DNA of 64,000 nt. Origin: Eledone cirrhosa. Its lineage: Eukaryota. Numbering within the stretch: the stretch's first letter is position 1; each line of letters begins with the position of its first letter. The stretch lies in assembly GCA_964016885.1 (NCBI GenBank), contig OZ024740.1, forward strand, positions 195,672,001 through 195,736,000. Direction: 5' to 3'. The notes under the pieces were generated by a model. The model was not told the DNA's origin, made no database searches, and saw only the letters and a program-made list of their open reading frames with translations. Below, piece after piece: positions 27,078-41,407 of this stretch. Made by a program: the position numbers and the translations under genes.

Positions 27078-27623
27078 CAGAGATTCTCAAACCTTTTGGG
27101 CCACCACCACCACCTCCTCCTCCTCACGGCCATGTAATACCTTCAGTGCCCCAACCCCTATTTCCAGAGAGACCTGCCTACATGCAAATTGTAAATAATA
27201 TATAATAAATAAAATCGTTAATTTATATATAATAAATAATATAATATATACCAGGCATGGCCAACCTTTTTTGAGAAGTGGGCCACATGAGATATGGCTC
27301 ATCATCAGGCGGGTCGCAAGCGCTAATTTACATTCATGCCCACATCATGTCCTCGATCGTAAAAATGATAGAAAGATAAATTGCAACTGAAAAGTTGGGG
27401 TAAAAAAATCAGAAAGATTTCACTTAGGTGACTTAGGCGTGCCATTCAGAAGCTTCACAGACCGCATACGGCCCACGAGTTGCCCATGACTGATATATAC
27501 TATGCATAAATAAATATATCTTTTTTATTTTACTATATTTATAATATATGTATCATTTGATATTTAATATACTCACCCCCACCACTCCCTGGACCTTCTC
27601 AATGCCCACTTCGACAACCTCTA
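27078..27623. mobile_element. hAT-type MITE (outer element) inserted in an RTE 3' fragment
   Basis: 8-bp TSD GTGTACAT (27070-27077, 27624-27631) and degenerate TIRs CAGAGATTCTCAAA / TTCGACAACCTCTA. RTE sequence resumes on both sides. Confidence 0.82.
27252..27492. mobile_element. hAT-type MITE (inner element of a nest)
   Basis: TIRs CAGGCATGGCCAAC / GTTGCCCATGACTG and a perfect 8-bp TSD ATATATAC (27244-27251, 27493-27500). Confidence 0.88.
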
Positions 27624-28138
27624 GTGTACATGAACAACAAGGCATAGGTTGAGCCGAGAGAAAAACTAGGCATAACAGGAATCAGATGCAGTATGCAAGA
27701 GAGAATGTTGTGCTGGTATGGACACATAGTGCATATGGACAATGATCACTGGGTGAAAAGGGTGAGGAGTAGGTTGAGGAAAACATGAACAGAAGTGGTG
27801 TGATGCTATGCTAGAGGGGGCTCACACAACCCATTCAAGTATAGAAAGAAAATGAATGTAAAAATGATCGAAATGATGATTGTTATATAAGAGAATAGTA
27901 TTTCAAACTTCTATAAGTGTGTAAGAAATCTGAGTACGGATACAAGAATTACCAAAGTGTAGAGGTCACCCACAAATTTGAGTGTTTCAGTCAAACATAG
28001 TAATGTCCAAAATTAGCATAGTCCACCCTTTAGTACAAGGAGTGGTCAGCTGATTTCTGAATTTAATTTAACATTCCTCCTTAATAAATCAATATCTATT
28101 GTGTGTGTGTACATACATGTGTATGTGTGTGTATGTAT

Positions 28139-28928
28139 ATACGAACAGCAATGTTGCATGGCAGTGAGACCTGGGCATTGTGTGCAGAGGATATACGCAG
28201 ACTGGTGAGGAATGAAGCTTGCATGCTCCGCTGGATGTGTAATAGTAATATACGTGAACGGCAAAGCATAAACGAACTAAGGGAAAAATTAGAAATAAGA
28301 GGGATCAGATGTTTACTCGAGAGAAGACTACGTTGGTATGGTCACGTGATGCGCATGAAAGACGACAGCTGTATAAAAAAGTGCAGGGCAATAAAAATAG
28401 ACGGTAGCCACGGAGTAGGCAGACCCAGAAAAACCTGGGACGACTTGATAAATTCCAACCTCACACACTTACACCTCTCCAAGACAATGTCACTGGACCG
28501 AGACCTTTGGCGCTACACAGTAATACAGAAGACCCGCCTTACCTAAGTACAAAGTGAAACCTACTACAGTCAGTAGGCACCTCTAACAAAATACACCCCC
28601 GTCCCACTACCCCCACCCCATCCACACCACCCCTTTCAATGTAAAGTTATGTTGGTACCACAACATCCAGCCCGAAACAAATGAGATCGTGTAGGTGTCA
28701 CGACAAAAGAACACACAGTCCACGCTGTAATGTGGCCGTGTAGGTAACACGGTAAAAACCTCCCAGCCCCACACTGTAAACGTGGTTGGTGTTAGGAAGG
28801 GCATCCAGCCGTAGAAAATCCGCCAGACAGTCCTATGCAAGCAAGACAACCACTCTTGCCACAAGTGGGAAAACTCCCGTCCAAACCCATGCAAGCGTGG
28901 AATATGGACGTTAAACGATGATGATGAT
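28139..28928 (+). mobile_element. 3' fragment of the same young RTE LINE
   Basis: IRTAMLHGSETW...RLRWYGHV...GRPRKTW followed by the same 3' UTR and (GAT)n tail. Confidence 0.93.
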
Positions 28929-29781
28929 ACGCATATACTTAAAAACCTTCATCTGCTTTCAATCAGTAATTAATTAATAAAGCATAGCATCAAAATTAAT
29001 TAAATACTGCATGGCATTGAAATTCAAAATTTTAAACCAACCTCATGATGACACACTACTATCACCACCACCTCCAGCAACACCCACTACTGCCACTAAC
29101 ACTACAACTACCACCAGCAACACCACCAGCACTACCACCAACACAAGACCAGCAATAATCAAAGCAACCAGTATCACTATCGCCAGCAGCATTTCATCAG
29201 ACAACCACTCAAAGAGAAGTAAGTAACCTTACAGGCTCGATCAAATTTGTAATTAGGCTGACTCGTCAATAACAGATAAGATACTGTTCTCAATGATGAT
29301 CAAACAGGACACACACACTGATATGACAATATCATTATGTTCACAAGAGCACTATCGTTATAAACTTCACCAATATATATATAGAGAGATAGATATACAT
29401 GTGTGTGTGTGTGTGCATGTGTATTTGGAAGGGAGCTACAGTAGAGTAAGGCCAAAGATGACTGGCATTGGGGTCGCGAGAACTGATCTCAAACCACTGA
29501 ATCACAGTCAGGTTGACAAAGGACCATGATAAGTGGAGGGATGTTGTGCTGGAAAAGAGACATACAGCCCATGCAAGCATGGAAGAACGGATGTAAAACA
29601 GTAATGAGGATGATATATACATATGTATATGTATGTATATATATATGTGTGTGTGTGCCTGTGTGTGTATATATATATAATAATAGTAAAAATTTATTTA
29701 ACTGGGGAAATTTTTTAAGCCGGCAAAAACATATGTCACTTAGATAATGCTTTGAATCTTCAGTGTTTTTGAAATTAATTA

Positions 29782-29868
<87 letters not shown>

Positions 29869-31360
29869 AAATCTATTTTTATAAAGGTTAAGCGAGATAT
29901 GAATTTTTAAAAATAAAGTTAACTTAGAGTTAATAGCCTCAATACACGTTTTTGACTATGAACAATAGTGTAAGTTAGCTATAGTCTCTGGAGATAGAAA
30001 AAAGTGTACAGTATCATTGGTGGGACTTGGACTAACACCTGCTGAATACAATGTGTCTGTAATACTACCACAGCTGCACAGTATTTGGCAAGTGGCAGTT
30101 AGAATCCCATAGGTGACACTGTACTTTTTCCCTCTCCAGGAGCTTATATGCCCAACTTATCAGACTATTTTTTGTAGTCAAACGCAAACATTGGAGCCAT
30201 TTTTTGTTTTTAAGTGATTGATAAGATACCAGACCAACGTGAAATAAAGTGTCTAGCTCAAGAACATAATGCATCACAACTGCCATGCTCCTTCACAAAA
30301 GCCATTAACACTAGCTTAATTTTCAATATATATATAAGTAGTAAATCATTACAGGATGTTTACTTAACACTTCAAATACAAACAAAATAATTTATATACA
30401 AACAAAATAATTTATATACAAACAAAACCGGCCACTCATACTGATGTTAAAGTATTGTTCTCAAAATAAATAATATCAAAATCTCATAGATTCGATATTA
30501 TGTGAGATAATATGTTAGGTAAAGCCTTTACCATAAAAATATAATAGTAAATATAGAATAATGTAAATGGTAAAGGGTGAAATTTTTAAAGAGAGGAAAA
30601 GGACAGTGAGCAGAGGGATTCCAATAGGTTGTAGATCTGAGGAGGAAGGATTGGAGAAAAAGCAATTAGGTACAGAATCTGCTTGGGGAAGCGAAGATGA
30701 AACAAAGTAGATATTTGACAAGAGCAGGAGATGTGCATTACTCTGGGTTTTGATGGAGAGGACTGATACAAAGTTGGTACAAAGTTCTGAAAAGCTGCAG
30801 CTATTGCAGTAAAAGGGGTGGTACCAACACCACTATTACTGCCACTACATACATCATCATTACCACGTCTATGGTCAAAACACTCACTACCTCTGTATCA
30901 CCATGTCCTCCGCCTTTGGTCTCTCTCTCTATCTATTTATCTACCTCTCCCAATCACCCGCTTCCAGAAAAAAAACACAAAATATCAATTTTTTTTTTTA
31001 AATTGTATTCAATAATTTACACATGCTTTTTTACTGGAGCTGATTAAAAGTTAATCCATAGAACTTGCATTTCTTTTCTAATCCACTCATATATTATGCT
31101 CACGTTTACACATACACAAAACATATACACACAACACAGATATACATATAATACACACACACAGATAAATCCACATATATATATTATAAACACAACACAT
31201 ATATGTATAATACACACACAGAGACACAAATACATACACATGGATATATCCACATATATACTACAAACACAACACAGATATATATCTAATACACACAGAG
31301 AGACACACAAATAGATACACAGATAAATACACACAAATAATACACAGATAAATCCACATA

Positions 31361-32211
31361 CAGGGTGAGGACGATATTTGTTCGCAATTTTCAACTGCTA
31401 ATTTTATGCAAATTTTTTTACTTCCATTGTCACTCTTGTCTTCATAAAAACAGTGACTATATTTCCATTATTTATTTTCAGAATAATTGATTATAAATAA
31501 TTTTGAACCTCCAAATTTGTGGAAGAGACACAGAGTTCTCCTTGGAATCCGCACCGGGAGGACAAATAAGGAAATTTCAGACTTTCTCAGCGTCAGCAGG
31601 AGAATGGTGTCTCATCCAAAGACGTGCCCAGAGTCATGCAGACAAAGTTTCCAGCGACAAGTGTCGTCAGCAGTTAAGGTGACGTCATGCCACCTCACTT
31701 CTTCCCTGAGGGCCTCAAGCTGAACACCGATGGCTACATCTGCGTTCTGAGCGAAGTAGTAAAGCCCTGGATCGACTAGGTAGCTGCAGGTAGGCTGTAC
31801 GTGTGGCAGCAAGACTCAGCACCCTGCCATACCAGCCGAAAGACCCAAGCCTGGCTGTCAGAGAACTTCATCGACCACACTTCACCTGACATCTGGCCTC
31901 CCAGCTCGCCTGACTGCAACCCCCTTGACTTCTTTGTGTGGGGCACAGTGGAACGAGACACCATCTGAAGGCCAGGATCACAAGTGCCTTTAGGGGCCTA
32001 AGTCGAGAGACAGTGACGAAGGCCTGTAGCCGGTTCCGAGGCTGCCTTGAGGCCATCATCAAAGCCAATGGCGGGTTTATCGAGTGAGATCGAAAGAACA
32101 AGTCATGAAGACAAACTGACCCAAGTTTGATAAATATATCTTAAAAAATAAAACTACTGTGTTATTTTTTCCTAGACAGTAATCTTGCGAACAAATATCA
32201 TCCACACCCTG
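31361..32211 (+). mobile_element. Tc1/mariner DD37D (maT-like) transposon, internally deleted, 851 bp
   Basis: TA TSDs and TIRs CAGGGTGAGGACGATATTTGTTCGCAA / TTGCGAACAAATATCATCCACACCCTG. VWQQDSAPCH...WPPSSPDCNPLDFFVWG has 37 residues between the last two catalytic Asp. Confidence 0.92.
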
Positions 32212-34180
32212 TATATATACTATAAACACAACAACACATACATACATCTAATACACACACACAGAGACACACAAATACATACACATAGATAAATCCACAC
32301 ATATATACTATAAGCACAACAAATACAACACATACACAAACAATACTACATACCTAATATATACCTACTGCATACACAAAACACTAACACAATACACATA
32401 AATACATATACACACAAGACACAGAGACAATCCATGATGGTGCTTATTGCTAGTTATGTAATGCAACCTTTCCAGCAGATGAACAGATGCAATTAGAAAA
32501 AAAATATTATGCAAAAATAAAATTAATAGAAGAATAAAATTTATGACCTACAACCATCATCATCACCACCTACATCACTACTACATCAACTACCTCTACC
32601 ACCATCACTATAGCCACTACCACACCCACATACATCATCACCAACAATACCACTACACCACATTTTTGTATTTTTTGTTTGTTTGTTGTTCATTTATAGT
32701 GTTATTGCTATGCTAAAAAAACCCAGATTACAAGTTAGACATGATTTATGCTAAAAGATTAAAAATTAAAAATTAAGATTTAAAAAAAAAACATTAAATT
32801 AAGACAAAAAGATCATCATCATCATCAACATCATTTTTGCGACCATTTTTCCATGCTGGCATGGGTTGGACGAGATTTTTTGTGGCAGCAGGCTTTTCAA
32901 TCTCTACCTTATTCTAAGTAAGGTATATGCCATTGATGCCTCCATCAATAGCCTTCTTCATTAATGTCTCAACTATCACTTACCCATAATTCTATTCATT
33001 GTACCACACTGCTTGTGTGCCGAGAGATATTTGATCAGTTCAATCCCTTTAGCATCACCCATTATTTCTCAATCACATTTTCTACTATCATTCCCTCTTC
33101 CATCACAACACCTGTGTAATGAGAAATGGCATCAGATCTGTCCATATCCAGTACCCCTTACTCTCATTTTCTCTCCACCTATGTGACGCCTACGGGTTTG
33201 ATTCCTGGACTGGGTTGTGTTGTGTTCTTGAGCAAAACCCTTCATTTCACATTGCTCCAGTATATTCAGCTGAAAATGAGTACCAATAATAGCTGGGGGT
33301 TTCATACTGTGATGGACTGGCGTCCTGTCCACGGAGAGTCTACTACTCTCAGTTGCTTAACACCATGGGAACTGTAATAAACGCCAGCCTGGTGTGCCTA
33401 CAGGCTTGAGACAGACTTTAGACTTTTTTCTGTTAATGTGACACTTCACTAACATCTATCATTCTTACTATCATTGCCCATCTCTATTGCTATCCATCAT
33501 GGCATATCTTTATTGCTATCTTATCACATCATTTTCTATTCAATCTCCTTACCAACAACTAACACACAGCTATTACTATCTCTCTTCTGTTATTCTCTCA
33601 TCTACCACCTTACTCCTTATTATTCACATGCTCTCTGCTTTTTCATCCTCTTGGTCATCACTCTTTTCTATTCACACATTTGATCACATCTGCCTTGAAT
33701 GAAGAGACAAACAAACATAGATGTAGAGAGGACTCTTTAGTCTTATTGAGGATATGAAAGCTTCTCTAGTGCTGGTACCACAATAAAATGCACTCTGCAA
33801 ATTGGTGTTAAGAAGGAAGGACATCCAGCCATAGAAACCATGTAATTTTAGAGTACAATACTTTCAAATAAGAAACGACTTGGCCCATGATAACCCATCC
33901 AACCTATAACAGCATGTAAAGCAAGCATAAGATTATGATGATGATGTGTGTATTGGAATGATAATGGTTTCCAATCAAATATTTTGTCATTCTTTCTCAG
34001 ATTCATGTCTTTTCAAACTCGCTCCAGAAATGTAGCATGAGGCCGACCTCTAGTTGTTCTACCATAATCGTGATCAAATATTTACATGGCATATTAACAC
34101 TATCTTTTATTGATTGATACCACCAGCAGATTTCCTGCTATGTTGTACATTATATATATAGGGATGATTTCTACAGGACT

Positions 34181-34247
34181 AGAACTGTTTCATTCATAAG
34201 AAATCATCAAGAAAGTCCTGATGATTTCTTATGAATGAAACAGCTCT
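34181..34247. repeat. 32-bp inverted repeat with a 3-nt loop; each arm is a hammerhead-like core
   Basis: agaactgtttcattcataagaaatcatcaaga / tcctgatgatttcttatgaatgaaacagctct, with 2 mismatches. Confidence 0.85.
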
Positions 34248-34539
34248 CTCTCTTTCTCTCTCTCCATATAAACACACAAAGAAACCTATTGACACATACA
34301 CATGTGCGTGTGTAAACCATCATTTACAGTCTGTTTTCCGTACAGGCCAAGCCAGTTCTACAGATGGAATAATGATTCTTTCTAATATAAGCACAAAGCC
34401 AGCAAAGACAAAGTTAATCACAGCAAGATTTGAACTCAGAACATAATGGGGTAATTACTAAAGGCCTCAAAGCATTTTGTCCAACGTTCTAACAAGTCTG
34501 TCAATCCAACACCCCCCTTAAATGGAATAATAATAATAA

Positions 34540-34748
34540 TTGTTTCTACTATAGGCACAAGGCCAGCAATTTGAAGGGGAAGGAAAAATCAATAAAATCG
34601 ACCCCAGTGCATAACTGGTACTTTATTTTATCGATCCCATAAAGATGAAAGGAAAAGCTAACCTCGGTGGGATTTGAACTCAGAACGTAAAGGGCCGTAA
34701 CTCTGGGTCGCTAAGCATGTTGTCTGACGTTCTACTGATACTGCCATA
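34540..34748 (-). mobile_element. tRNA-SINE (older copies also near 18080-18300, 18480-18650, 25455-25750, 45170-45320, 51160-51298, 57375-57582 and others)
   Basis: Signature ggcacaaggccagcaatt...ctggtactttattttatcga...gatttgaactcag. Confidence 0.85.
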
Positions 34749-37033
34749 ATAATAATTGTTTCTACCTTTAGTACAAGGCCAGCAATTTGAAGGAAATCAA
34801 CCACAGTGCATTACTGGTACTTTATCAACATCATTTACTTCCAGAACATACCATGTTTCCTCATTCAATAAAATTACCTGTTTAACATTCTAATACTACT
34901 CTACTAATTCCAGATAAATTATAGTTTGCATGATTTGGGTGCTGAGAACTTTAGAAGTATAATACGATAGAATGGAATAAAAGCAAAGGAGAAAGGTGTG
35001 GAATATAAAGTTCATTAAAAGACAATATAAAACTAGATTGAATTAATCAGATTGAAGAGCTACAGTTATTTAATAGCTACCTATATAACTTGATGGTCTC
35101 GCCATCTGATAAAAAAAAATCTATGGAAAACTGATTGCGTCTCTCCCTCTCTCCTCCTATCTTATTTACTATTTCTTTCCTTTCATCTTACATATATTTA
35201 TTGGCCTCCTTTCTCATCTCTCACCTTTTAACAGACTCATCTTCTTCCATCTATCTCTCATTCATATATATATATATCATCTGTTGGGGGGGGAAAAAAG
35301 AAATAAAACCCCAAATTTTTGACAAAATTACAAAGTATAGATCTTTTCCTCAGAATTAGATCTTGTCTTCATCAAGTTCATTATTGGAGGCAAAGTTATA
35401 TTAGTTTTCTTCACCTTCAATGCGCCATAAGATAAGAAGAGTATCTAAAATATTTCACCATTTATATGAAGTAGCAGCACCATTTCCACTGACTTATAGT
35501 AAACAACAGCAGACAACAAAGTTATATTTTGTTTATTTCAACATACACACACTGACACACATAATTCTATCATCATCATCATCATCACTGTGTAATGTCT
35601 ATTTTTTCACACTTGCATGGCTTAGATGGGTCGTCCATGTTATGAGACAAGTGGCTGCACAGTACTTAGCTCAAGTGGAACTGTATTTTGGCTGGGTTTC
35701 TTTGACAGCTTGATGCCTTTCCTAAAACCAACCATGTTTACAGTGTGGAACTGGGTGGTCCTATTGTGAAGCCAGTTGGCCACACCATATCCTGCTCAAA
35801 ATGGAACCATGTTTTGGGAGCTAGGTGGTCCAGTTATGAGGAAGGTGTGGTCAGTTGGCCACGCCATACCTTACTCATAGTGGGACCATATTTGATTAGT
35901 TTTTACGGCTGCTGGTTGTCCATCCTAACACCAGCCACGTTTACAGTGTATGACTGGGTGGTCTCCCTTTATGAGGCATATATGGCCAGTTGGCAACACT
36001 GCACTTTGCTCATAATGCGACCGTGTTTTGGCTGGGTTTTTATAACTACTCGATGCAATTACTGAACCTCAACCAGGTTTACAATGTGGGACTCTGTGGT
36101 CCCGTTATGAGACAAGTCTAACCAGTTGGCCGTACTCTACTCATAGCGGGAACCATGTTTTGGCTGGGTTTTAACAGCTGCTGGATGCCCTTTCTAACCT
36201 TTATAAGGAGGGTCTGGTCAGTTGGCTGCGCTATACCCTGTTCATAGTGGAACCATATTTTGGGAGCATATTATATATATATATATATACATAAAATATG
36301 ATATATACATATACAATACACACACACATATATATAATACAATATATATATGTGTGTTAGGAAGGGCATTGGTGTTAGGAAGGGCATCCAGCTGTAGAAA
36401 TCAAGCCAGATCAGTTCCTGTATGAGCAAGGCATGGTCAGCCGACCAGACACTGCCCACAACAGGACAACCCGTCTAACCCATGCTAGCGTGGAAGAACG
36501 GACGTAAAACGGTGATGATGATGATGATGATGATATGCAATATATATATATACATATACACATATACATGTATATATACAATATATACACACCACACATG
36601 TACAATATATAACATACGATGTAAGAAGGTAACTGTGAAAAGCAACAGGATGGTCTGCCAAACAACAAACTGGGAGGTTGTAGATTGGGGGTTAGGTGGG
36701 AGAGATACTGTGACGTTAAAGAATTAGATATGTTTTGGGCTTAGCTGTAACGTTTCACAGGACGAATGAGCAAGAGTGACAAGGTCGGCCAAAACAGTAT
36801 ATCTGATACGGGAGAGAGTGGGTAGGAGAAGGTGACAGAGGACGGTGACGACATGGAGCTTGTATAAAAATGGTATTGCTAAGAAAAATAAAAAATTAAA
36901 GCAATAAACTACATGGGAAAAAATACATAAATGGTGGAAAATTGATGCTGAGAAATGAATGGATGAATGGCTAAAAATAGAGAATTAGTTAGACAATTTT
37001 AGGGATTAGCTGTAATATTTCACAGGACAAATG

Positions 37034-39313
37034 ATCATCATCATCATCATCATCAACGTTTAACGTCCATGTTCCACGCTTGCATGGGTTTGGACGGGGG
37101 TAGTCCCACTTGAGGCAAGAGTGATTGTCTTGCTCGCATAGGACTGTCTGGCAGGTTTTCTACAGCTGGATGCCCTTCCTAACACCAACCACATTTACAG
37201 TGTGGGTCTGGGAGGTTTTTACCGTGTTGCCTACACGGCCACATTACAGCGTGGACTGTGTGTTTTTTTGTCGTGACACCTACACGATCTCATTTGTTTC
37301 GGCCTCAATGGCGCGGCACCAACATAACTTTACATAGAACGGGGTGGTGTGGATGGGGTGGGGGTGGTGGTGGTGGGACGGGGTGTATTTTGTTAGAGAT
37401 GCCTACTGGCTGGAGTAGGTTTTACTATATATTTAGGTAAGGCGGGTCTTCTCTGTTACTGAGTACCGCCAAAGGTCTCGGTCCAGTGACATTGTCTTGG
37501 AGAGGTGTAAGTGTGTGATGTCGGAGTTTATCAGCTCGTCCCAGGTTTTTCTAGGTCTGCCTATTCCGTGACTACCGTCTATCTTTATTGCCCTGCACTT
37601 TGTTATACAGCTATCGACTTTCATGCGCATCACGTGTCCATACCAACGTAGCCTTCTCTCGAGTAAACAACATCTGATCCCTCTTATCTCTAATTTTTTT
37701 CTTAGTTCGTTTATGCTTTGCCGTTCACGTATATTACTGTTACACATCCAGCGGAGCATGCAAGCTTCGTTCCTCTCTAGTCTGCGTATATCCTCTGCAC
37801 ACAATGCCCAGGTCTCACTGCCATGCAGCATTGCTGTTCGTATGCAGGCATCGTACAACCTGCCTTTCATTTTTAGGGAGAACCCTTTAGCAGCTAATAG
37901 TGGTATAAGCTCTCTGAACTTTTTCCAACCAGTTCTGACTCTAGCTACAGTACTTTCAGAGCACCCTCCCCCACTGCTGATTTTATCGCCCAGGTAACGG
38001 AAGCTGTCCACTATTTCTATAGAACCCTCTGCGCAATTGAAAGAGCTAGTATTTTGTGGGCACTTGCTGCTACTTATTGCACCAGAGCACTGGCCACATG
38101 TAAAATCTATGTTCTTAGTTAGCTTACCTATGATCCCACTACATCTTTTATGCACCCATACTTTGCATTTGGGACATAAAATGGAGTTTCTACCTACGCC
38201 TTTCCTACACACTGAGCATGGCCATTTCCCGGAAGGGACCGGCACCTTATTTTCTTTCCTACAAACTAGAACTTTAGTCTTAGCAAGATTAATTTTAAGG
38301 CCTTTTGATTCTAGGCCGTGCTTCCATGTTTTGAATTTCTTCTCTAGCTCGGCCATTGATTCAGCTATGAGCGTTAGATCATCTGCGTATAGGAGTTCCC
38401 ATGGGCAGCCGGTCTTGAACTCCACTGTTATAGCCTGAAGGGCAATAATAAGTAGTAGGGGGCTAAGAACAGAGCCCTGATGAACACCAACTTTTACGCT
38501 AAACTCTTCACTATATTCGTTGTTAATTCTAACCTTGCTGACTGTTTCTTTATACATGGCTTGTATAGCTCTCACAAGCCATTCATCAACACCTAGTTTT
38601 CTAAGAGCCCACCAGATAATGGAACGGGGGACTCTGTCGAAGGCTTTCTCCAAGTCGACGAAAGCTAAGTATAGGGGTTTACTTTTAGCTAGGTACTTCT
38701 CCTGTAGTTGTCGTACAATGAAAAGAGCGTCTGTGGTACTTTTGCCTGACACAAACCCGAACTGCATTTCATCTAGGTCAATTCTCTCTCTGATTAGTTG
38801 CGCTATTACTTTTTCCGTGACCTTCATGACCTGGTCGATTAATTTAATGCCTCTATAGTTACTCCTATCTAGGGCGTCTCCTTTACCCTTATAACAGTTA
38901 ACGATGATGCTGCTATGCCAGTCCTTCGGAACAACCCCATTCTGTACGACTTGGTTAACTATGCGGGTGACCATGGTGTGTCCCACCGTGCCAGATGCCT
39001 TCAGCATCTCAGCAACTATTTCCGAAGGCCCAGCCGCCTTACCCGTCTTCATATCCTTGATTGCCTTACTTATTATACTCCCCTCGACTAACACTGCTGG
39101 TCCCTCTATTGGGTCGATATGGGGGAGACTGTCTTTCTCCCATTTATTCTCCTCATTTAGTAGCCTTTCATAGTGACACTTCCAAGCTACCTTCTTATCA
39201 GCGTCGGTGATGGCAAGTGTGCCATCGTCGTTTAGTACACACTTCTCCCCGACAATATCACGGTTTTCCTTGACGCATTGCCTAGCAATCCTGAACACCT
39301 CACGTTTTTGGTC
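37034..39313 (-). mobile_element. 5'-truncated RTE LINE, same young family; intact RT/C-terminal ORF 37433-39298
   Basis: The 621-aa ORF is almost identical to the corresponding part of 52654-55102. (ATC)n tail at 37034. Truncated at 39313. Confidence 0.96.
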
Positions 39314-39530
39314 ATAATAGCAAAACGAGGAAGTTTCGTTTACATATGAAAAATACTTATTGCATATTGACCTGTTACGTGCATTTCACAGAGGATTGGC
39401 TCAAGGTCAATACTGGAGTCGGGTCCATAACTCTTATGGGTCACCTTTCCTCTGCGAAATGCACGTAACTGGTCGATAAGCAATAAATATTTTTCCTATG
39501 TAAACGAAACTTCCTCATTTTTTCTATTAT
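39314..39530. repeat. Foldback element with about 80-bp arms
   Basis: ataatag...gcatttcacagagga versus tcctctgcgaaatgc...ctattat. Confidence 0.9.
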
Positions 39531-39611
39531 ATACACTCTGCCTGTGCATAGAGTGCTTTATTTGGTACCAACACCAGTATTTCACCATAATACCTACACT
39601 ATATATATATA

Positions 39612-39959
39612 CAGGGTGGGCTAGAATTCATGACTCACTTGATTATTTATAGATCTATTAACACAAAATGTTATAAAACAAGTTAAGGAATATAATACCA
39701 TATACAGGCATACATCATGAACAAGATAAGCACACAAATGTACACATTTAATTAATGCGGCGCTTAGTTAAATCGGTTTTCCATTTCGTGGTCAACCTGG
39801 CCTCTTTCGGTTGCAACACAGGCTTGCAACCTTACTGAAACATTTTGACATGCTTTACAACACATGTCTACCGAAATAAAATAAATTTAAACAATACAAT
39901 AACATAAGCATGTTAAGAAATATAATTAACAAGCGAGTCATGAATTCTGGCCCACCCTG
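39612..39959. mobile_element. Tc1/mariner-derived MITE, 348 bp
   Basis: TIRs CAGGGTGGGCTAGAATTCATGACTCACTTG / CAAGCGAGTCATGAATTCTGGCCCACCCTG flanked by TA. Confidence 0.9.
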
Positions 39960-39965
39960 TATATT

Positions 39966-40520
<555 letters not shown>

Positions 40521-40722
40521 TATTAAGTTAGACATGGCCTGGGCCAATACTGGCCGAAAGTTATCAAAGTTTTATATATATATATGTATATAGTTCAAAA
40601 TGACAAACAAACAAACGCAGGAGTCAATGGTACAGTGTTTTTAGCGTCATGCTTGGTGAGAATGGGGGGGTTTTCCGATTCCGCCCTATCCATTCCCTCA
40701 ATCTTTCTAATTTCTCATTCTT

Positions 40723-40758
40723 TCTTCTGATGAAAGACTAGCGTCTGAAACGTTAAGA
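40723..40758 (+). ncRNA. Candidate minimal type I hammerhead ribozyme (Penelope type)
   Basis: UCUU-CUGAUGA-A-AGAC(UAGC)GUCU-GAAA-CG-UU-AAGA, with palindromic AACGUU in place of stem III. Confidence 0.72.
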
Positions 40759-41407
40759 CCCTCTTCCAACTATTTCAAGCGTTTAATATATTTCTTCCAT
40801 ATACTGTACCAATTGTGTTGTTATTTCTGTTTACCTTATATATCATCATCATTTTACGTCCGCTTTTCCCTGCTTGCAAGGGTGGGACGGGAACTGATTC
40901 TGGCTTGATTTCTACAGCTGGATGCCCTTCCTAACACCAATCTCATTTACAGTGAGTGCTGGGTGCTTTTTTTCCGTGGCACCTACACATTCACTTTACA
41001 GTGTGGGTTGGGTGCTTTTTTGCCATGGCACCTACACGTCCACTTAAATATATATATATATATAACGTGACAACCTGTCTAACCCATGCAAGCGTGGAAA
41101 AATAGAAATCAATCATCAGCATTATCATCATTTAATGTCTTACAAGAATAAGTAGAATATGATATACGTACATATATATGAACAAATAATGTAACAGCCA
41201 GTATATGCAAGGAAGATAACTCGTCCAGGGAGAGAACTCATGCGTACTGTAGAACTAACGTAACTTGAAATGCATGTTAGGAGTACTGTAAGGAGTACTC
41301 GATACTTCCCCTAGTCTGTTATGGCTTACTAGCTTTATACGGACGTTTAAATTGAATAAATAAATAAGGAATATCGTTTACAGTAATAGTATAACACAAT
41401 TCTCAAA

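Noticed and set aside
36741-37033. Direct repeat ttagctgtaa(c/t)(g/a)tttcacaggac(g/a)aatga; the minus strand has GAAACGTT
   Set aside because: No CUGANGA or stem II, so it is not callable as a ribozyme. It is also not a TSD of the adjacent LINE.
37623-39173. Antisense ORFs overlapping the RTE (also 53361-54776)
   Set aside because: They are shadow frames of the RT coding strand, shared only because the copies are near-identical.
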